NCBI GenBank assembly: GCA_035275365.1
Contig: DATEMX010000149.1
Location: 1-27,547 of the forward strand
From: Polyangiaceae bacterium
GTDB lineage: Bacteria; Myxococcota_A; Polyangia; Polyangiales; Polyangiaceae
DNA: 27,547 nt
Direction of reading: 5' to 3'
In this document: positions 24,557 to 27,547 of the stretch, piece by piece
Numbering within the stretch: the stretch's first letter is position 1
Layout of the letters: the number at the start of each line of letters is the position of its first letter
Notes under the pieces: model-generated
Database searches by the model: none
What the model saw: only the letters and a program-made list of their open reading frames with translations
What the model was told of the DNA's origin: nothing
Made by a program: the position numbers and the translations under genes

Positions 24557-24762
24557 CACTCCCGAGATCGGACTCCCGCATGCGTTCGCTGAGCTCGGTG
24601 AGATGGTCGAGCAGTCCACCGGGTGTTTTGGCTCACCTGGCACCGAAGCCGATTTCCCATGCGCGGCCCGGGCGGGAATTCTTCTCGTCCGCTATGGCCG
24701 CGAGGACTACCACGCCGCCGCTCGGGTGTCGTCTCGCGGCGAGAGCAGCGACGAGGCAACGG

Positions 24763-25959
24763 CTACTGGGTGTCGACGATCGTGCCTCGCCGCACGGCCC
24801 ATTCGGCGGTGATGCCGGTGCGGCGCGCGCCGCACGGATGGAACTTCAACGGTCCGGTCAGTCCCGAGTAGTACAAGGCGTCACGGCGGCGCAGGCGATC
24901 GAGGCCGGTCTCGATTTTATTCCACGTAAGAGCTTCGCCGGGAGGGGCGGAAGCCTGCAACACGGCCTGCGACATCGTGAGCGAGGCGTCGTTGGCCGAT
25001 CTGGCCAGCGCGACCGCGAGCAGCGCCATTGCGTCGTAGTAAAAGTAGGCTCCTTCGAGGGGCAAGTCGCCCACCCAGCGTTCCGAGAACGCTTCGGCGA
25101 AGCCGTCGTCGCGCTCGTAAATCTTCGGGGCCACGCCCAGCGCGCCCTCGAGCGCTTCGGGAACGACATTTTGTATGAACAGGTCGGTTTTGAGCAGCGA
25201 AGACAGGAACCACTGAGGTCGTTTGCTGTCCAGGACGGCGAACTCGTTGACGAAGATTGCCGCGGTGCGTGGCGACATCGACAAAATCGCCCCAGTGACG
25301 TTTGCATTGATCGCGTCGGAAATTTCGCGTGCATAGCTTTGCGCGTCGGGTTTCAGCTCGAGCTCGAGCGCCACTTCTCCACCTAGCTGGACGAAGCGCG
25401 TTGCCGCAGCGCTGCCGAGCGCCCGATCGTAAGGTGATGTCACATAAAACACCGCGATGCGTGTCATGTGATCGAACGCTTGCTTGGCCAAGGCTTCGCC
25501 GAGCGCCTTGGCCGACGGCGCCAGGCAGAACCAAGGAGCGTTACAGTCGAGGCTAGGCTCCGCGCTGGCACCCACCAAGGGCGAGAGAAAGACGACGTTT
25601 TTTTCAGCCAAGACCGGACGTATCTGCTCCGCGATCTCGGCGCTCTCCGGGCCGATCACCGCGACTGCGCCTTCGTCGGCCAGCATGCGGGCTGCGTCGA
25701 CGCCACGCCCTATTTCGGAATGCGTGTCGCGCGGCAGTATTCGGATGTTGGTACCATCGATGCCGCCCCCTGCGTTGATGCGATCGGCAGCGTACCGCGT
25801 GGCGCGCTCGAGATTGCTGGCGGTGGCGGAGCTGCTGCCGGTGAAAGGGAGTAGCAAGCCGACCACGATCCCGTCCTGGGCTCTCGAGCCGTCCGACGAA
25901 CAACCCAAAAAGCCGAGCAACAGACCCAGGCAAGCGAGCTTCGAGCCGCTAGTCAACAT
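24763..25959 (-). CDS. Periplasmic substrate-binding lipoprotein, branched-chain amino acid (LivJ/K-type, type I PBP fold)
   Basis: Lipobox LLGFLGC; VVGLLLPFTG, ADRINAGGGIDG, RDTHS, AVIGPESA, AYFYYDAMALLAVAL, YSGLTGPLKF. Confidence 0.87.
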   Translation of the reverse strand: MLTSGSKLACLGLLLGFLGCSSDGSRAQDGIVVGLLLPFTGSSSATASNLERATRYAADRINAGGGIDGTNIRILPRDTHSEIGRGVDAARMLADEGAVAVIGPESAEIAEQIRPVLAEKNVVFLSPLVGASAEPSLDCNAPWFCLAPSAKALGEALAKQAFDHMTRIAVFYVTSPYDRALGSAAATRFVQLGGEVALELELKPDAQSYAREISDAINANVTGAILSMSPRTAAIFVNEFAVLDSKRPQWFLSSLLKTDLFIQNVVPEALEGALGVAPKIYERDDGFAEAFSERWVGDLPLEGAYFYYDAMALLAVALARSANDASLTMSQAVLQASAPPGEALTWNKIETGLDRLRRRDALYYSGLTGPLKFHPCGARRTGITAEWAVRRGTIVDTQ

Positions 25960-26234
25960 GCTCGCTCTCCAGACAGCTGCACCGGTTGGATCTGGATCGA
26001 ATGCTCGGAGCCAGAAAAACGCGGATCGGGTCCGCGCTTCACCAGCAGGTTCTTGCCGCGCAGCTTCACGAAGCGCGTCATCCCATCGTCCCGGCTGCCG
26101 ATGCCGGGAATGCGCCGTGTAGCGCTCTTGAAGACCACGTACTGAGCGTTTGCACCGGGGCTAGACCCTCGTCCTGCGCATGCAAGTGCGCGGGGCGTGA
26201 GCCATGTACCTCCCATGCCGGTTCGATACGGCAT
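25953..26234 (-). CDS. Small hypothetical protein or gene remnant (93 aa)
   Basis: gaggtg precedes ATG 26234; the 3' half has strongly G/C-ending codons (ttc gtg aag ctg cgc ggc aag aac ctg ctg gtg aag cgc); its stop overlaps the start of the binding-protein gene by 7 nt. Confidence 0.4.
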   Translation of the reverse strand: MPYRTGMGGTWLTPRALACAGRGSSPGANAQYVVFKSATRRIPGIGSRDDGMTRFVKLRGKNLLVKRGPDPRFSGSEHSIQIQPVQLSGERAC

Positions 26235-26431
26235 CGTCACCTCGACTCTTTAGCCCGCCTCCACCCATTGTCGCGCGCGAACAGCGTCGGCTCAGCTCGA
26301 GCTCCCGCCGCGTGTCGGACAATGTCGGTTTCGCACGTTCACCCGCGCGGCGACGCACACAAGCTGGCCACTCACGATTTTCGATAGCCGATCTTCCCCC
26401 GCCGAGCCCCGCACTCTTCGCAACCCGCGGC

Positions 26432-26461
26432 GGCCATATCGAGCAATTGCTCGACATGGCC
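26432..26461. promoter_or_regulatory. 30-bp near-perfect palindrome, candidate operator
   Basis: ggccatatcgagcaattgctcgacatggcc has one mismatched pair; the core tcgagcaattgctcga (26439-26454) is perfect. Confidence 0.5.
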
Positions 26462-26652
26462 CGCATGAAATCCTCGATGTTCGCGACGAGGTTCCGGAGT
26501 AATAGATCGGTGTGCTGCCTCGCTGCATATCGGCCCGCTCTTTTGCCGCGATATTCTCCCGCGCTTACGATTTCTCCCTCCCGACATCCCTGCTTTTTTG
26601 AGACGGTTCCTCAGGTTTGAAACAGACACACCGTTCCTGTCAAGTGACCTTG

Positions 26653-26700
26653 GGGGAGGACTCGTCGCGGGGAGGACTCATCGCCAGGAGGGCTCAACGA
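26653..26700 (+). repeat. Three-copy 16-bp tandem repeat containing GGAGG
   Basis: ggggaggactcgtcgc / ggggaggactcatcgc (15/16) / caggagggctcaacga (11/16 vs copy 2). Confidence 0.65.
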
Positions 26701-26830
26701 ACTTTCAGGGAGATGAAATGACATTCAGGTGCCGACCGCTTTCAGTCGCATGATAAGGCCGCTTTGTTGCAAGCTTTTATCGACAACCCACCTGGCACCT
26801 GAGCCTCTGGCTCGAGGCATCGCTCGTCTC

Positions 26831-26961
26831 CCGCTGGCCCCGCTGTCTCGTCTCGCGGGGCCGCTGACGGTAACTCGCAATGTGATGTGATCCGCTGGCC
26901 CCGCTGTCTCGTCTCGCGGGGCCGGTTCCGCCGACAGTACTCGCAATGTGACGTGATCCGC
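26831..26961 (+). repeat. Degenerate tandem duplication directly upstream of the TonB-dependent receptor
   Basis: 33-bp exact repeat ccgctggccccgctgtctcgtctcgcggggccg at 26831-26863 and 26892-26924 (8-bp hairpin inside); actcgcaatgtga(t/c)gtgatccgc at 26873-26895 and 26939-26961. Confidence 0.85.
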
Positions 26962-26962
26962 C

Positions 26963-27547
26963 ATGCACAAAGCCCACGAGACGACCGTGAACCGCCGCGT
27001 CGTGAACCGCTCCCTCTCCTTGCTCGTAGGCGCGCTCGTCTTCGCGAGCGCAGAGAACGCGAACGCCAAGCCACCCGCGCCCCCCCCCGAAGAAGCACCC
27101 GCCACCGGCGAACCTTCAGCCCCGAAGATCGCCACGCCTCCGGGTCAAGCGTCCGCGGCTCAAACATCCGCGAGCGACAGCGATCTCCAAGAGCTCGAGT
27201 CGCTGAGCCTCGAGGTTCTCCTCGAGACCAAAGTCGTCACCGCCACCAAGACGGCGCGAACGGTCGAGGAAGCGCCCGCCGTCGTGTCGGTGGTGACGCG
27301 CGAAGACATCGCGCGCTGGGGCTATCAATCGTTGTCCGAAGCCCTGCAGCACGTCGTCGGGTTCTACATCATCGACGACCACGCCATCGCCAACGCGGGC
27401 GTGCGCGGCATCTCGGGGGGGCTCTTCGGAGAGAGCAGCGGCATCAAGCTCATGATCGATGGTCACTCCGTCGCCTTTCGCCCTACGGGCGGCAATTGGC
27501 TAGGACCCGAGCTCGTTCCGCTGTCGGCGGTCGAGCGCGTGGAGATC
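26963..27547 (+). CDS. TonB-dependent receptor, N-terminal part (signal, Pro-rich linker, plug domain); truncated by window end
   Basis: My translation from ATG 26963 is open to the end (195 codons): ...LESLSLEVLLETKVVTATKTARTVEEAPAVVSVVTREDIARWGYQSLSEALQHVVG...GVRG...KLMIDGH...VPLSAVERVEI, a classic plug-domain pattern. Absent from the ORF track because no stop is reached. An alternative GTG start slightly downstream is possible. Confidence 0.92.
   Translation, partial: MHKAHETTVNRRVVNRSLSLLVGALVFASAENANAKPPAPPPEEAPATGEPSAPKIATPPGQASAAQTSASDSDLQELESLSLEVLLETKVVTATKTARTVEEAPAVVSVVTREDIARWGYQSLSEALQHVVGFYIIDDHAIANAGVRGISGGLFGESSGIKLMIDGHSVAFRPTGGNWLGPELVPLSAVERVEI

Noticed and set aside
26372-26629. 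85-aa ORF with H...CEEC as a zinc-finger anti-sigma factor
   Set aside because: Spacing does not fit the HxxxCxxC motif, no RBS is evident, and part of the frame derives from the palindrome.
26638-26643. Perfect TTGACA on the minus strand as the promoter for the leftward genes
   Set aside because: No acceptable -10 element at 16-18 nt spacing (tcaaac/ttcaaa).
21900-26700. Integrated genomic island or prophage
   Set aside because: Composition looks shifted, but no integrase, tRNA target, att-like direct repeats or phage genes were found.
26650-26830. Glycine or cobalamin riboswitch upstream of the receptor
   Set aside because: aactttcagg resembles part of a glycine aptamer but the CCGAAG element is missing; no GGGAA / GCAACTGT cobalamin core was found.
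26831-26961. CRISPR mini-array (33-bp repeats with a CCCCGC...GCGGGG stem like type I-E repeats)
   Set aside because: Only two full copies, the would-be spacers resemble each other, and no cas genes are present; better explained as a tandem duplication.
27080-27088. C9 homopolymer as a phase-variation tract in the receptor gene
   Set aside because: In frame, encodes Pro-Pro-Pro in a Pro-rich linker and is unremarkable in a GC-rich genome; population reads would be needed to show slippage.

Overview
High-GC bacterial chromosomal window whose gene content points to Myxococcota (inference, mainly from the Glt/Nfs-like TPR operon). In order: (1) housekeeping block rseP - rsmB - dapA - dapB - SprT-like/DUF2786-like gene. 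The rseP-rsmB spacer is filled by a 520-bp non-coding element with 15-bp perfect terminal inverted repeats and a CTAA target duplication, and it appears to carry a second CTAG-flanked hairpin-rich element inside it. (2) CzcA/CusA-type RND pump plus adaptor with no outer-membrane factor, divergent from an OmpR-family regulator and histidine kinase. (3) An unknown probable lipoprotein. (4) A five-gene operon with overlapping stop/start codons: unknown secreted protein, three TPR proteins resembling GltC/GltD/GltE (NfsC/D/E), and a HIT hydrolase. (5) A less GC-rich accessory segment: secreted protein, membrane-anchored protein and an OmpR-like regulator with a degenerate receiver. (6) An orphan periplasmic binding lipoprotein and a small ORF, divergent from a TonB-dependent receptor that runs off the window end and is missing from the ORF track, separated by a region rich in palindromes and repeats. 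No rRNA, tRNA, CRISPR array or transposase was recognised. All family assignments come from motif recognition by eye, not from database searches.
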